Counted from the first letter of the stretch, positions 36,251-46,494 are shown. The stretch: 64,000 nucleotides of DNA from Gemmatimonadota bacterium (GCA_040389905.1 JAZJZK010000023.1:32001-96000), one strand, 5' to 3'. Notes: generated from the letters alone by a model not told the origin. Numbers and translations: made by a program.

Positions 36251-38538
36251 GGAAGTGTGAACACCACGTAGCCACCACCGCCTCGCGGACCGTCCGCGCC
36301 AATGCCGCTCTCTCGCGATCGGCGTCCCCACGTCAATGGGGTCGTCGCGTTCACGACGAGATGCACCTTGCCGTTGATCTCGTACATCGCCGGAAGTCCT
36401 TCCGTTCCCATCGGCAATTGGCCGGTCCAGAGTACTTTCCCGTTATCCGCGTCGAAGGCGTAGACGTGACCGTCTTTCGCCGTCGAGAAGACGAGTCCTG
36501 TCGACGTGACGACCATGCCGTTGCGTTGCGTGCCGCGCGGCACGCCGGTGTTCTTTGCGCCCGCTTCCGTCGCTCGGAGATCCTGTCCGATCGGCACTTT
36601 CCACTTGATTGTGCTGCGATTGAGATCATACGCGATCAGCGTGGACCAGGGCGGCGCCATGATGTATGGATGACCAAGTCCGTAGTCCGTGCTGTACCGA
36701 CTCGCCGGCGCTTCGACGCCTGCTGGATAGCCCGGCCGTGCGGCGCCTTGTCCGCGACCACCACCGCTCGCGGGAGGACGTGGTGCGCCACCCGTCGCCA
36801 CAACCGGCCCACTCGGCGGCATCGATCCTCCAACCGGAATCTGAAACGCGGGACCTGACGCATTCCCGCCAAGGTAGGTGTAGATGTCCCTGATCGTCTC
36901 GTCATCGAGGTGCGCGAAGGCAGGCATCTGCGCGCCACCCGCGCTGACGATGAAGCGAAAATCAGCCATGCTCAGGCGCGAGGCGGAGCTTCCCGAGAGT
37001 GCAGGCCCGGAATCGCCCACGCCACGCGCACCGTGGCAGTTCTCGCAATTCGTGGCAAACGTCTTCGCACCACGCGTCCCATTGCCGGATGCAGTGTCGT
37101 CGCGATCACGCGCAGCAGCACGCTTCTCCAGCCGATAAAACGACGGGAAGTCCTGATTGAGCACGTAGACGATTCCTCGCTCCGGATCCGCGGCGGTGTT
37201 CCCCCAGTTCGATCCACCAACCGCGCCCGGTACTGAAACGGTCTCCTGCGTCAGCGACGGAGGATTGAATAGCCCCTTCCGCGCGGCATCGATCCGTTTG
37301 GTCCACGTCACGCGCTCTGCCTCGCTCAAGAAAATCGGCGTGAGCATGTTCGACGTGAACGTCTGCCGTGCGAACGGCGGAAGCACGGAGGGAAACGGCT
37401 GCGTCGGCCACGCATGTTCGCCGGGCACATCGCTCGGCGGCACGGCGCGTTCCGCGATGGGCCACACGGGCGTGCCTGTGACGCGATCGAACACGAAGAG
37501 AAACCCCTGCTTTGTCGCCTGCGCCACGGCGTCGATCGATCTGCCGTCTTTCGTCACGGTGATGAGCTGTGGTGCCGCCGTAGGATCGTAGTCCCAGAGG
37601 TCGTGATGGACAAACTGGAAGTGCCACAATCGTTTTCCCGTTCGCGCATCGAGCGCGAGCAAGCTACTTCCAAAGAGATTCGCACCCGTTCTGTCGGCAC
37701 CGTAGTAGTCATACGTGGGTGAGCCAACGGGGAAGTACGCGATGCCTCGTTTCGCATCGAGCGTAATCTCGCCCCAGGTATTGACGCCGCCCGCGTACTT
37801 CCATGCGTCCTTCGGCCAGGTGTCATAGCCGAATTCACCGGGTTGCGGGATCGTGTGGAACGTCCAGGCCACCTCGCCCGTAATCACGTTGTAGGCGCGG
37901 ATGTGGCCCGGCGTGGAGAAGTAGTCCTCGCCGGTGCTCGAGCCGAGCAGGATGAGGTCCTCGAAGATCCGTCCCGGCGTCCCCGACTGCACTCGGCTAA
38001 TCGTATTGGGGTCACGACCGAGGCTGTCCCGCAGGTCGACCGTGCCGTTGCGCCCGAACGTCAGGATCGACTTGCCCGTCGTCGCGTCGATGGCCTGAAG
38101 CGTCGAGTTGAGGGTGAACAGCAAGCGACGGTCGCGACGGTCGACGCTTTCCCAGTAGTTCATCCCGCGCCGAGTCATGCCGCGAAGATTGGCGTGAATC
38201 CAGATCTCCTTCCCAGTCGCCGCATTCAGCGCCACGAGCGAGTTGTTCTTCGCGACCACGTACATGACGCTATCGACGATGATCGGATTGAACTGGTATT
38301 GGCTGCTATCGGCTGTCGAGTAGATCCATGCGACTCTCAGTTTCGAGACATTCGCCTTCGTGAGCTGTTTGAATGCGACGTACTTCGACTGGTCCTGGCT
38401 CCCTCCGTAGTCCAGCCACGTACGCCGAGGGTCGCGCGTGGTGCTCACGAGCGAGACGTCGTTCGACGCGGGGGTCTGCACCGCATTCTGGCACGCGAGT
38501 GGTGCGAGCAGGAGCAGTGCGAAGGTGCGGCGAATCAC
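36247..38538 (-). CDS. PQQ-dependent (glucose dehydrogenase-like) lipoprotein with an inserted cytochrome c domain
   Basis: GTG 38538 with lipobox LAC. PQQ propeller motifs LVALNAATGKEIW, LWHFQFVHHDLWDYD, YAFDADNGKVLW. Heme motif CENCH with distal MP. Confidence 0.88.
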   Translation of the reverse strand: MIRRTFALLLLAPLACQNAVQTPASNDVSLVSTTRDPRRTWLDYGGSQDQSKYVAFKQLTKANVSKLRVAWIYSTADSSQYQFNPIIVDSVMYVVAKNNSLVALNAATGKEIWIHANLRGMTRRGMNYWESVDRRDRRLLFTLNSTLQAIDATTGKSILTFGRNGTVDLRDSLGRDPNTISRVQSGTPGRIFEDLILLGSSTGEDYFSTPGHIRAYNVITGEVAWTFHTIPQPGEFGYDTWPKDAWKYAGGVNTWGEITLDAKRGIAYFPVGSPTYDYYGADRTGANLFGSSLLALDARTGKRLWHFQFVHHDLWDYDPTAAPQLITVTKDGRSIDAVAQATKQGFLFVFDRVTGTPVWPIAERAVPPSDVPGEHAWPTQPFPSVLPPFARQTFTSNMLTPIFLSEAERVTWTKRIDAARKGLFNPPSLTQETVSVPGAVGGSNWGNTAADPERGIVYVLNQDFPSFYRLEKRAAARDRDDTASGNGTRGAKTFATNCENCHGARGVGDSGPALSGSSASRLSMADFRFIVSAGGAQMPAFAHLDDETIRDIYTYLGGNASGPAFQIPVGGSMPPSGPVVATGGAPRPPASGGGRGQGAARPGYPAGVEAPASRYSTDYGLGHPYIMAPPWSTLIAYDLNRSTIKWKVPIGQDLRATEAGAKNTGVPRGTQRNGMVVTSTGLVFSTAKDGHVYAFDADNGKVLWTGQLPMGTEGLPAMYEINGKVHLVVNATTPLTWGRRSRESGIGADGPRGGGGYVVFTLP

Positions 38539-39404
38539 GGCGTCTCGGCTGGTAGCGAGGAGACGATGCCGCCAGCGGGAACGTCGATACCAGCCGCCCA
38601 GGCGATCCCATTCAACAGAAAACGGCGATAGTCCTCGAGCTTCATGTTGTCGTGATAGTCGACGCCACCCATCACGAATCCCCTCCCGCCGTCCGCACGC
38701 TGATACGCCCACGATACCACCTGGGGCCCGATCGTAGCACGTGCCGGCGTACCAACGAGGAGATCGGTGCGTTTGGGATCGTCCGGCAGGAAATAGCGGG
38801 AAAAAATCTCGTCGCGATACGACCAGGGCTTCACACCGCGGAGGATGGGATGCGACTCGTTGCGCAGTGCGATCGCCCACTGGTCGTTCGGGTTCTTCGA
38901 CATCATCTGCACCCAAAGGCCACCGGTCCAGTCGATGTAGTAGGCGCGCGCCGCCCAGTTCTCGACCCAACTGGCGTAATGAATGATCACGATGCCGATA
39001 TGCTTGCGCTTGATCAGTGAATCGAGCCCGGCGAGGTATGACTTCGTCTCTGCGTCGTAACCGGTGTGGTTCGTCGTCGGATCAGGTGGAAAGAGCGGAT
39101 GAATCTCATTGGCGGCGCGATCGGAGCTGCTCTCGATCACGAGAACGGACGCATTCTCCAACTCGGCGAGATTCCTCGGCGCCTTTCCGACGATCACCTT
39201 GGTCGTGACCCCAGGAAGATTCGACGCGTGGTCGAATCCGTAGGCGAGGACCCGAAGGTCCTTCTCGTACTCGTGTCGTCCGGGCGCTCCGTGGTCGCGC
39301 GGACCAGCGAGGAACACGATCTGCTTGCCCCCCGCCGGCGTTTGCCCATGCCCGGCGGTGGCGAGCAGTGCGAGGGCGATGCTCGAAACGAGGACGTGTC
39401 GCAT
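38535..39404 (-). CDS. ThuA-like (trehalose utilisation) domain protein, secreted
   Basis: ATG 39404 after RBS ggag, signal peptide, IVFLAGPRDHG.PGRHEY, HPILRGV, DEIF, VSWAYQRADGGRGF, RRFLLNGIAWAAG. Confidence 0.8.
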   Translation of the reverse strand: MRHVLVSSIALALLATAGHGQTPAGGKQIVFLAGPRDHGAPGRHEYEKDLRVLAYGFDHASNLPGVTTKVIVGKAPRNLAELENASVLVIESSSDRAANEIHPLFPPDPTTNHTGYDAETKSYLAGLDSLIKRKHIGIVIIHYASWVENWAARAYYIDWTGGLWVQMMSKNPNDQWAIALRNESHPILRGVKPWSYRDEIFSRYFLPDDPKRTDLLVGTPARATIGPQVVSWAYQRADGGRGFVMGGVDYHDNMKLEDYRRFLLNGIAWAAGIDVPAGGIVSSLPAETP

Positions 39405-39564
39405 GCGACTTCTCCATGTGGTCAGGTCGCCAATATGGAGAGGCGCATTCTCCCATGAAATGCCACCGGGAGAGGTCAGGAAATAGGGTTTCCTTATCAT
39501 CAACCACACGGCAGAGCTGGCTAAAATAAAAACGCCGCGTTCGAAAGCGTACATTCCCATCGAA

Positions 39565-39720
39565 ACATTGAACGCGGATTGAGCGAATGGAAAAGAAGAA
39601 CAACGATAAAGCATGAACCAAGTGCTCTTTCTCAAAAACAAACCGCTGCGAGTCGCCTCGGTCATCCTCACTGAACAAATCACTTTTTTCAGTTCAATCC
39701 GCTCAATCCGCGTTCGATGT
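39565..39720. repeat. Family C inverted repeat
   Basis: acattgaacgcggattgagcgaatgga (39565-39591) versus ttcaatccgctcaatccgcgttcgatgt (39693-39720), with an AT-rich spacer. Confidence 0.8.
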
Positions 39721-39752
39721 GCCGGCGCTGACATTCACGACGGATAGTAACG

Positions 39753-42356
39753 CTAGAATTCCCAACTCACCCCGAAACTCGGCAGACGCGGCATCAACGA
39801 GTCGACGCGCTTCGTGTAGACGATGTTGCCATGAATGACGCTGGTCGACGGATCGTACGCGCGCGCATTCGCCCTGTCGTAGACGTTGAACAGATCGCCG
39901 AAGAGTGACACTCGCGTCGCACCGACGCTGATGTCGCGCAGGATTCGCAGGTCGAGACGATGATAGCTCCGCAGACGATCGGCGTTGCGCGCACCGTACA
40001 CGCGATGCGCGAGTGTACGCCTGTTCGATAGGGTATCGACGGCGAACTCGAAACCAGTGGTCGGCCATCCAGAGTGGAAGAGCCACGCGCCGCTCAGCTG
40101 CCACCCGGGTGCCGGACGCCAACTGGCATCCAGCGTCACCGTGTGTCTCTGGTCGAGGGTGCGGGGAACCGTGACGCCATCGATCACGTCATTCGCGATG
40201 GCATATGCGTAGCTCCCGCTCCACGTGGCGCGATGCGCGGGCGATCTCGAGACGAGTACCTCGACACCGCGGGCGATTGAACTGGAGGGAGCGATACGAA
40301 GGCGGTCAGGCTCGATCTCTGGAAAGACGTCGACACTATTGTCCACGCTGATGTAGCGCGGACGGACGCGAAGGACGCGACGTTCGTACGCCTCGATGCG
40401 CGCAGAAATGCCACCGGACAGGTGCTGCTCAATTCCGGCGACTCGATGCTCGGCGAGCTCCGCTGGATCGAAAGCGGTGACACCATCCTGCGTTTGTAGC
40501 TCATGCAGCCCTTCGGGCTGTGCATAGCGTCCCCACGCTGCGCGAATCGTCGTACCGGGTGTCGCGGCGAACGCCGCGGCAACGCGCGGCGAGAGTTGGT
40601 GTTCTCGCGTGTAGCTCTGATAGTCCGCACGACCGCCAAGCTCCATCGTCAATCGCTCGCGTGGTTGGAACTTCGCCGCGATGAAACCGCCACTGTTCAT
40701 GCCGCTCGGTGTCGTGTGCACGTACAGGTCCTTGCTGAGCGGCTGTGCCTGGCCACCGACTGCGACGAGCGCGCGCTCGGTCTTCTGATAGTCGTACGTC
40801 GCGTTGCCCGACCGCAGAGAGCCCCCCAACGAGAAGAGAACGTCAGGTGACATGCTCCAGCTCCAATCGTGGCGTACCGAGCCGATCGTCAGATCCCGCA
40901 CGTCGCGAATGGCGAGATCCTGAGCGCCGTCATACGTCGAGACGCGAGTGCCCGCGCGGTCCCATGTCAGATTGCCCAGCGACAATATCGTCTCTGTCGT
41001 CACCGTCGGGCTTACAGAAAACTGCGATGTCAGCCAGGCGTAGCTGCTCCCATAGTCGCTCACGATGCGCGGTGTATCGTCGTCGTCCTGATACGTCAGC
41101 TTGTCGCCCGCATGGAGCACATGGACGGCGATCGACCCACGATTGCCGAGTCGATACGTCGCCTTGCCGAGCATATCATAGTAGCGCGGATTGATGTTGT
41201 CCTGCTCACCCGCGGCACGGAGGGCATATTCGAGAAAGCCTCGGCGCGCTGAGATGAGCCAACTGCCGTTGCCGTTTCCGAACGATCCGTGCGATGTGCC
41301 GCGCGCGGTCATGAGAGTCAGGGCGAGTTCGGTGCGCGCGGGCTCGCCAGGTGGCGCATCCACGACGCGCATGCCCATCACGCCGGTCAGATGATCCCCG
41401 TACTGCGCGCCGAAACCACCCGTGGTCAGGTCGAGGCCCGCAATCGCCGCGACGTCGATGATCGAGAGCGCGCCATCAAAATCCTTGAGATGAAACGGCT
41501 CCAGCAGCTCGACCCCGTCGAGTGTGGAGTACACCTCGCGATTCGCACCGCCCCGAACGCGGAAGGCCGAGGAGAAGTCGCTCGCGGAAACACCGGGTAG
41601 GCGATTCACGGATCGGAATAGGTCGTCGCCGATCTGTGGCGCGGCGCGAATCTGTTCGCGCGAGAGCGTCTGGGCCGCGCTGACGTTCTGCTCCATCATC
41701 CCGTAGAAGCCCGGTGTTACGACGACGGCCGACAGCGGAACCGGCGCGCGTACGAGATGCAGCTCAACCGTCGCATCACCGTCAACGGTGGCACGCGCCG
41801 GCGCGAACCCGAGCAGTCGCGCTTGCACGAATACGATCGTGCGCTCGCGCGAGCCAAGATGAAATGCGCCATCGGAGCCGGAGGTCGTGGACACGATGAG
41901 AAGGTTGTTCACGTCGAACCCATCGACGCGCGCACCGGCGATTGGCGTGTTAGCGGTGTCGCGAACCCGCCCACTCACCTCGCGGCGAGTCGTCTGCAAG
42001 TCCTCACGCCGTTGGAAGGGCCGCGCTACGAGCGTCGTTCCGGTAACCGATAGAAGAAGCTCGACATCCGTCCCGCGAACGAGGGCAAGCAGCGACGCGC
42101 CGAGCGTGAGTGTGTCCGCGTCGAGCGTCACGTGCCGTTCGAGCGCGGGGAGTGTCCCTGGTGCATAAAGATCGATTCCGGCTCCGCGGGTGAGACGGCG
42201 AAGCGCGTCGCCAAGCGACTCCGCATGTACATGCACGATGGTCACGCGATCGAGAGCGGTGACGCCGGTGCGTCCCGCCCTGAGCGGTACGAACGCGTCC
42301 TGCGCCGTCGCCGACTGCGCGAGGAGGGCGATCAGGATGGCAATGCGCCGGCTCAT
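39753..42356 (-). CDS. TonB-dependent receptor with N-terminal signalling (STN-like) and carboxypeptidase-regulatory-like domains
   Basis: SLGDALRRL STN-like segment, VSGRVRD, plug (LPGV...VRGG...DGVELLEPFHL...GGFGAQYG), C-terminal GVSWEF. Confidence 0.88.
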   Translation of the reverse strand: MSRRIAILIALLAQSATAQDAFVPLRAGRTGVTALDRVTIVHVHAESLGDALRRLTRGAGIDLYAPGTLPALERHVTLDADTLTLGASLLALVRGTDVELLLSVTGTTLVARPFQRREDLQTTRREVSGRVRDTANTPIAGARVDGFDVNNLLIVSTTSGSDGAFHLGSRERTIVFVQARLLGFAPARATVDGDATVELHLVRAPVPLSAVVVTPGFYGMMEQNVSAAQTLSREQIRAAPQIGDDLFRSVNRLPGVSASDFSSAFRVRGGANREVYSTLDGVELLEPFHLKDFDGALSIIDVAAIAGLDLTTGGFGAQYGDHLTGVMGMRVVDAPPGEPARTELALTLMTARGTSHGSFGNGNGSWLISARRGFLEYALRAAGEQDNINPRYYDMLGKATYRLGNRGSIAVHVLHAGDKLTYQDDDDTPRIVSDYGSSYAWLTSQFSVSPTVTTETILSLGNLTWDRAGTRVSTYDGAQDLAIRDVRDLTIGSVRHDWSWSMSPDVLFSLGGSLRSGNATYDYQKTERALVAVGGQAQPLSKDLYVHTTPSGMNSGGFIAAKFQPRERLTMELGGRADYQSYTREHQLSPRVAAAFAATPGTTIRAAWGRYAQPEGLHELQTQDGVTAFDPAELAEHRVAGIEQHLSGGISARIEAYERRVLRVRPRYISVDNSVDVFPEIEPDRLRIAPSSSIARGVEVLVSRSPAHRATWSGSYAYAIANDVIDGVTVPRTLDQRHTVTLDASWRPAPGWQLSGAWLFHSGWPTTGFEFAVDTLSNRRTLAHRVYGARNADRLRSYHRLDLRILRDISVGATRVSLFGDLFNVYDRANARAYDPSTSVIHGNIVYTKRVDSLMPRLPSFGVSWEF

Positions 42357-43336
42357 CGCGCTCGCATGGTCACGGACCGTCCGACCCTCTCATACCGCGC
42401 GTCCACCGCAAGGCTGATCGCGCCGAGCAACACGTCGAGCGGCGCGCGATCACCAACACGAACATCGGCCGTCAGCGTTCGAGCGGCGAGCACACCATCC
42501 GTCACAATGAAGTCAACATCGTACCAGCGCTTCAGTTCCACGACAACGTCGCGCAAGGTCGTCCGTTCGAAGTGGACGCGCCCGCCTGTCCAGCCCATGA
42601 ACTGTTCGGGCGACACATCCGTGCGGACGATGATGCGACCACTCGATGGATCCACATGCCCAAGTTGTCGCGCACCGAGGACAGGGCTACCGGAGTCCGT
42701 TGGGGTTCGAAGCCACACGCGACCCGTTGCAACCACGACGTCCACCGTGTGGTCGGCGACATTCTCGCGAACATCGAATTCGGTGCCGAGCACGCGTGCG
42801 GTCACTCGCGTCGTCCGCACAGAGAATGGTCGCGATGCATCGTGTGCGACCGTGAATGACGCCTGGCCGGAAAGACTTACCCTTCGAGCAGCGGCACCGA
42901 ATCGCGCGGGATAGCGCAGCTCGCTCAATGGAGCGAGAGTGACACGCGTGCTGTCGGAGAGCACAAGATGACGCACTTCGCCGACGCGGGTCATGGCCAC
43001 CAAGGTTTGTCCGTCGACGGCGCGTCGCGAGAGTAACCTCGGCACGAGGAACGCGCCGCCGACGATGACGAGTATCGACGCGGCGATGCGCATGAGCACG
43101 CGTCGCGTCGCCCATCGGCTCTGTGTCCGAGGCGACGCATCGAGCTTTCCGCGCACGATTTGCCACGCGCGCAGCGAATTGAACCGATCCTCGTTCCCGC
43201 GAGCATGGAGCGCGTCACGGACGGCACGACGAGGGTCGTGTTTGCCGACGCGCTGTCGCAGTGCCGCCTCCTCGGCCGGTGTGCATTCGCCAGCGAAGTA
43301 TCGATCGAGCAACGCGTCCGGCAGCTCGTCACTCAT
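42353..43336 (-). CDS. FecR family anti-sigma/transducer
   Basis: LLDRYFAGECTPAEE, one TM, LSDSTRVTLAPLSELR...GQASF.VAHD.SRPF.V...VLGTEF, WTGGRVHF..TTLRDV. Confidence 0.92.
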   Translation of the reverse strand: MSDELPDALLDRYFAGECTPAEEAALRQRVGKHDPRRAVRDALHARGNEDRFNSLRAWQIVRGKLDASPRTQSRWATRRVLMRIAASILVIVGGAFLVPRLLSRRAVDGQTLVAMTRVGEVRHLVLSDSTRVTLAPLSELRYPARFGAAARRVSLSGQASFTVAHDASRPFSVRTTRVTARVLGTEFDVRENVADHTVDVVVATGRVWLRTPTDSGSPVLGARQLGHVDPSSGRIIVRTDVSPEQFMGWTGGRVHFERTTLRDVVVELKRWYDVDFIVTDGVLAARTLTADVRVGDRAPLDVLLGAISLAVDARYERVGRSVTMRAR

Positions 43337-44409
43337 CGTGCGGCAGGCAGCGGGACGCTTCCATCGACAAACGCCGCGATGAATTCGCGGGCGATGCTGC
43401 TCGACTTGAGGTCTCCGTCTCCCAAGCGTGTCGGGCGGCTGAGCATGTCGCTATTCGCCAGGATGATGAAGGCAATGTTGCGCGAAGGCACCTTGATGAT
43501 GAGCGACGAGTTGCCCGTCCAGTACCCGTAGTGCCAGATGATCCGTTCTCCCGACACAATGGTCGAGAACCAGCCGAGGCCATAGGGAAGGGTCTCGCCA
43601 CTCGTCGATATCGTTGGCGCGTACGCCAATGCCTTTGTTGCGGGCAGCAGGAAGGCGTTCGTATCCATGGCAATCGAGTACGCGGCGACGTCGAGCACGG
43701 TTGAGACCAGGCCCGCCGCGGTTCCGAAGTACGAGGGGTATGCCGACAACGCGTTGGTCCCACCTTCGAGGGCGTAGGGCTTGGCGAGCCGCGACAGGAA
43801 GAGATCGCGGTCGAGGCCCATGGCGCTGAAGCCGCGCCCATCGAGCGGATTTGGGGCGGTTCGTTGCAGCTGGAGCGGACGCAGGATTCGCTCCGACACG
43901 CGCTCGGCGAACGGCTGGCCACTCGCGCGTGCGATGACCGAGTCGAGCAGGCCAAAGCGCGCCCCGTTGTAGCTGTAGCGGGAGCCCGGCACTCCTTCAG
44001 ACGTATGCGACATCAGGTGGCGAACGCGTACGACGCCAGAACTCGCGATCACGATATTGTAGTTCGACACCGGATCGTCGAGGCTCACCTTGCCTGCATC
44101 CACCAACTGCAGAATGACCGTCGACGCGAAGGTCTTGGTGAGCGAGGCGAGGTGGTATTCGGTTTCCGGCGTCGCTGCGACCCCTCGCTCGACGTCAGCG
44201 AGACCGAACCCCTTCGCCCAAACAATAGTCGTTCCCTTGACGAGCGCCGCGGAGTAGCCCGGAATGCTGAGCGCACCGCGCAGCTCCTCGAGATGCGATT
44301 CGAACTCGGCCAGCGAACGCGCCGGAGGTAACGACGGGAGGGAAGGGCCCGTTGCCGAAGCGCAACCAGCAAGGAATACCAGAACGGGAAGACAACGCGT
44401 GTGTCGCAT
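43333..44409 (-). CDS. Serine hydrolase, beta-lactamase/penicillin-binding-like family, lipoprotein
   Basis: Lipobox LAGC, SxxK motif ASLTKTF, LMSHTS, YSYNG, WHYG. Confidence 0.88.
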   Translation of the reverse strand: MRHTRCLPVLVFLAGCASATGPSLPSLPPARSLAEFESHLEELRGALSIPGYSAALVKGTTIVWAKGFGLADVERGVAATPETEYHLASLTKTFASTVILQLVDAGKVSLDDPVSNYNIVIASSGVVRVRHLMSHTSEGVPGSRYSYNGARFGLLDSVIARASGQPFAERVSERILRPLQLQRTAPNPLDGRGFSAMGLDRDLFLSRLAKPYALEGGTNALSAYPSYFGTAAGLVSTVLDVAAYSIAMDTNAFLLPATKALAYAPTISTSGETLPYGLGWFSTIVSGERIIWHYGYWTGNSSLIIKVPSRNIAFIILANSDMLSRPTRLGDGDLKSSSIAREFIAAFVDGSVPLPAAR

Positions 44410-44468
44410 GTCCTAACGACGACGAGGGTGGCGAATACCCCACGTCACCCGTCCCCTGTCCCCGTCGT

Positions 44469-45032
44469 CTAGTGGCGTTCACCAACCATAAACTTTCGCA
44501 ATGCGCGCAGCGCTCGCGTGATCTGAATCTCTACTCCCTTCGGAGAAATCCCGAGCGCTGCGGCGATCTCGCGGTGGGACAGCCCGTGTCCCCATCGCAA
44601 CGTCACGACGAGCTTTGCACGCTCGGGGAGGCGCCGCACCGCATCGGCCAGTGTGCTGGCCCGTTCGGCAGCCTCGAGCTCGGCGTCCGCGTCAGGAGTG
44701 GAATTGTCGATGCGGCTGTCGAGCCATTCCGGCCGCGCCGCCCATTTCTTCTCGACGGCCACCCGTTTCAGGTGATCGAGTGCTGCGTTCCGCGTTGACG
44801 CGAAGAGATACGCGCGCAGGCTCGCGACGACAGGGAGCTGCTGCCGGCCACTCCATAGTTTGAGAAACACCGATTGTACGATGTCCTCTGCGACTTGTGG
44901 CGAGCCCACGATCTGCTCCGCGAACGCGCACAGTGATGCATATTCGCGGTGAAATAGCTGCTCGAAGGCACGCTCGTCTCCACGACGCACGAGGGCGGCA
45001 AGCGTGTCCTCGATCGGCACTTCGGCATTCAT
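44469..45032 (-). CDS. ECF RNA polymerase sigma-70 factor (FecI-like); alternative start at 45041
   Basis: GDERAFEQLF, AEDIVQSVFLKLW, RAYLF..TRNAALDHL, LSHREIAAALGIS. Confidence 0.92.
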   Translation of the reverse strand: MNAEVPIEDTLAALVRRGDERAFEQLFHREYASLCAFAEQIVGSPQVAEDIVQSVFLKLWSGRQQLPVVASLRAYLFASTRNAALDHLKRVAVEKKWAARPEWLDSRIDNSTPDADAELEAAERASTLADAVRRLPERAKLVVTLRWGHGLSHREIAAALGISPKGVEIQITRALRALRKFMVGERH

Positions 45033-45092
45033 GTGCAGCACATACCCGGCAGGTTCCAGAAAGTCGCGCGACGCGCAACGACCAAACGTGTA

Positions 45093-46409
45093 TCAGTGCT
45101 GCGTTACGAGGAAGCTCCCAAGGCGCGCGGCGTCGGCGACGATGGACCAGCCGGCGTTCAATGTCAGTACCCAACCCGCACCGCGTATCACGTGATTGGC
45201 CGCAGCGAACGTACCTGTGTGCGCCCCGACACGCACGACACGATAGTCGTTCGCGACAAAGGCTCCGCCCTCCGTCACCTCGAGCGTTCCCCAACCGGAA
45301 CTGAACGTTCCCGTCGGATAGATCGTGTGGTCGTCATCGAACGGGAACAGGCTCAGTGGATCGAAGTTTCGATTGAGGGATGACTGAGTGAGCGTCAGCG
45401 TCGGGCCGTCGACCAGTCGCGCCGCGTAGGCTGCCAGCCTAGCCTTCCGCTGAGAATCGCGAGCCAGTTCGTCGCGATCGATGATGGCGCCTCCATAACG
45501 CACAGCAATGCGTTCGGTTTGTCGTGCCAGATCCGCGTCTGCGCGGGGCTGGATCGCGCGGCTCAACAGGCGTGCGAGGTCCTTGGTGCGGCCAATCTCC
45601 GAGCGCCAGTCTGGTGAGAAATGATCGAGCAGGAGGCCGAGTGCCGGTCCAGTCGCATAGGCGAACGAGCGCACGTAGGTCGGAGTCGACTGGAACTCAC
45701 GAAGGCGGCGAGCCACGCGCGAGGACGTTTCACCCGTCGCCGTAAGGGCGAGCCGCACTCCGGTATACTCGGCGAGCCCTTCCTGCATTTCGAGTGCTGG
45801 TTCGACTGAGTCCGCCTGCGGGTAGATGGCGCGTCGCCGTGCGCGGAACAGCAGCGCGTTCTCCGTATGGCCGCGAGCCATCGTGTCGTCGCGACCCAGT
45901 GACTCGAGCGCCGCCGCGAGCGCGTTGAGCTCCAGGCGGAGCAACCGACGACCATCATACTGATCGAGGTGGCCGTTCGGTGGATCCCCACCGAGTAGTG
46001 CGAGGGCAGCTTGTTCCCGGTGAAAGACCTCGTGCATCACGAGTGCGATGCGGTCGAAGCGGTCGGAGGGAAGGGGAAGCATGATCATCGCCCACTGTCG
46101 ACCAGCCCACGCGAATGAAGTGTTGGCGAATCCCACGCCAGAAGGCGCCGAGGTGACGAAGGCATCGCCATACGGCAAGTAGCTACGCGCCGGCACGGTG
46201 TCGTTCGCGATGACCAATCGAGTCTGGCGGTCCACTAACGCGATCGGTCCGCAGACGGAACGGGACCACAGCGCACCGTGGTCGGCTTCGCACACGCTGC
46301 GTGCGTCGCGGAGCGCACGAAGCGCGCGGAGACTGTCCATCTGCTGGGCGGAGGACGATGATCCGCAAAGGCAAAGCGCGGCAAGGAGAACGAGCGCGAA
46401 ACGTCCCAT
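45093..46409 (-). CDS. Secreted putative zincin/gluzincin metallopeptidase-like protein
   Basis: Signal peptide from ATG 46409 (MGRFALVLLAALCL), HExxH motif MHEVFH, downstream EGLAEY. Confidence 0.65.
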   Translation of the reverse strand: MGRFALVLLAALCLCGSSSSAQQMDSLRALRALRDARSVCEADHGALWSRSVCGPIALVDRQTRLVIANDTVPARSYLPYGDAFVTSAPSGVGFANTSFAWAGRQWAMIMLPLPSDRFDRIALVMHEVFHREQAALALLGGDPPNGHLDQYDGRRLLRLELNALAAALESLGRDDTMARGHTENALLFRARRRAIYPQADSVEPALEMQEGLAEYTGVRLALTATGETSSRVARRLREFQSTPTYVRSFAYATGPALGLLLDHFSPDWRSEIGRTKDLARLLSRAIQPRADADLARQTERIAVRYGGAIIDRDELARDSQRKARLAAYAARLVDGPTLTLTQSSLNRNFDPLSLFPFDDDHTIYPTGTFSSGWGTLEVTEGGAFVANDYRVVRVGAHTGTFAAANHVIRGAGWVLTLNAGWSIVADAARLGSFLVTQH

Positions 46410-46440
46410 GGTTCGTTGGGGAGCGAAGGGTCTCGACAAA

Positions 46441-46491
46441 GTACGATGAACGTCGTACATTGACAGTACGATGTGTATCGTACATCGTCAA
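46441..46491. promoter_or_regulatory. Tandem BlaI-type operators overlapping divergent promoters
   Basis: GTACGATGAACGTCGTAC (46441-46458) and GTACGATGTGTATCGTAC (46466-46483) flank TTGACA (46460-46465). Minus-strand TTGACG at 46491-46486. Confidence 0.78.
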
Positions 46492-46494
46492 GAC

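Noticed and set aside
39405..39734. 110-aa N-terminal extension of the ThuA ORF, and a possible LacI-type operator (gaaagcgtacat ~39543)
   Set aside because: The extension runs through an AT-rich repeat-containing intergenic region, and the signal peptide and RBS begin at 39404. The operator match is too weak to support.
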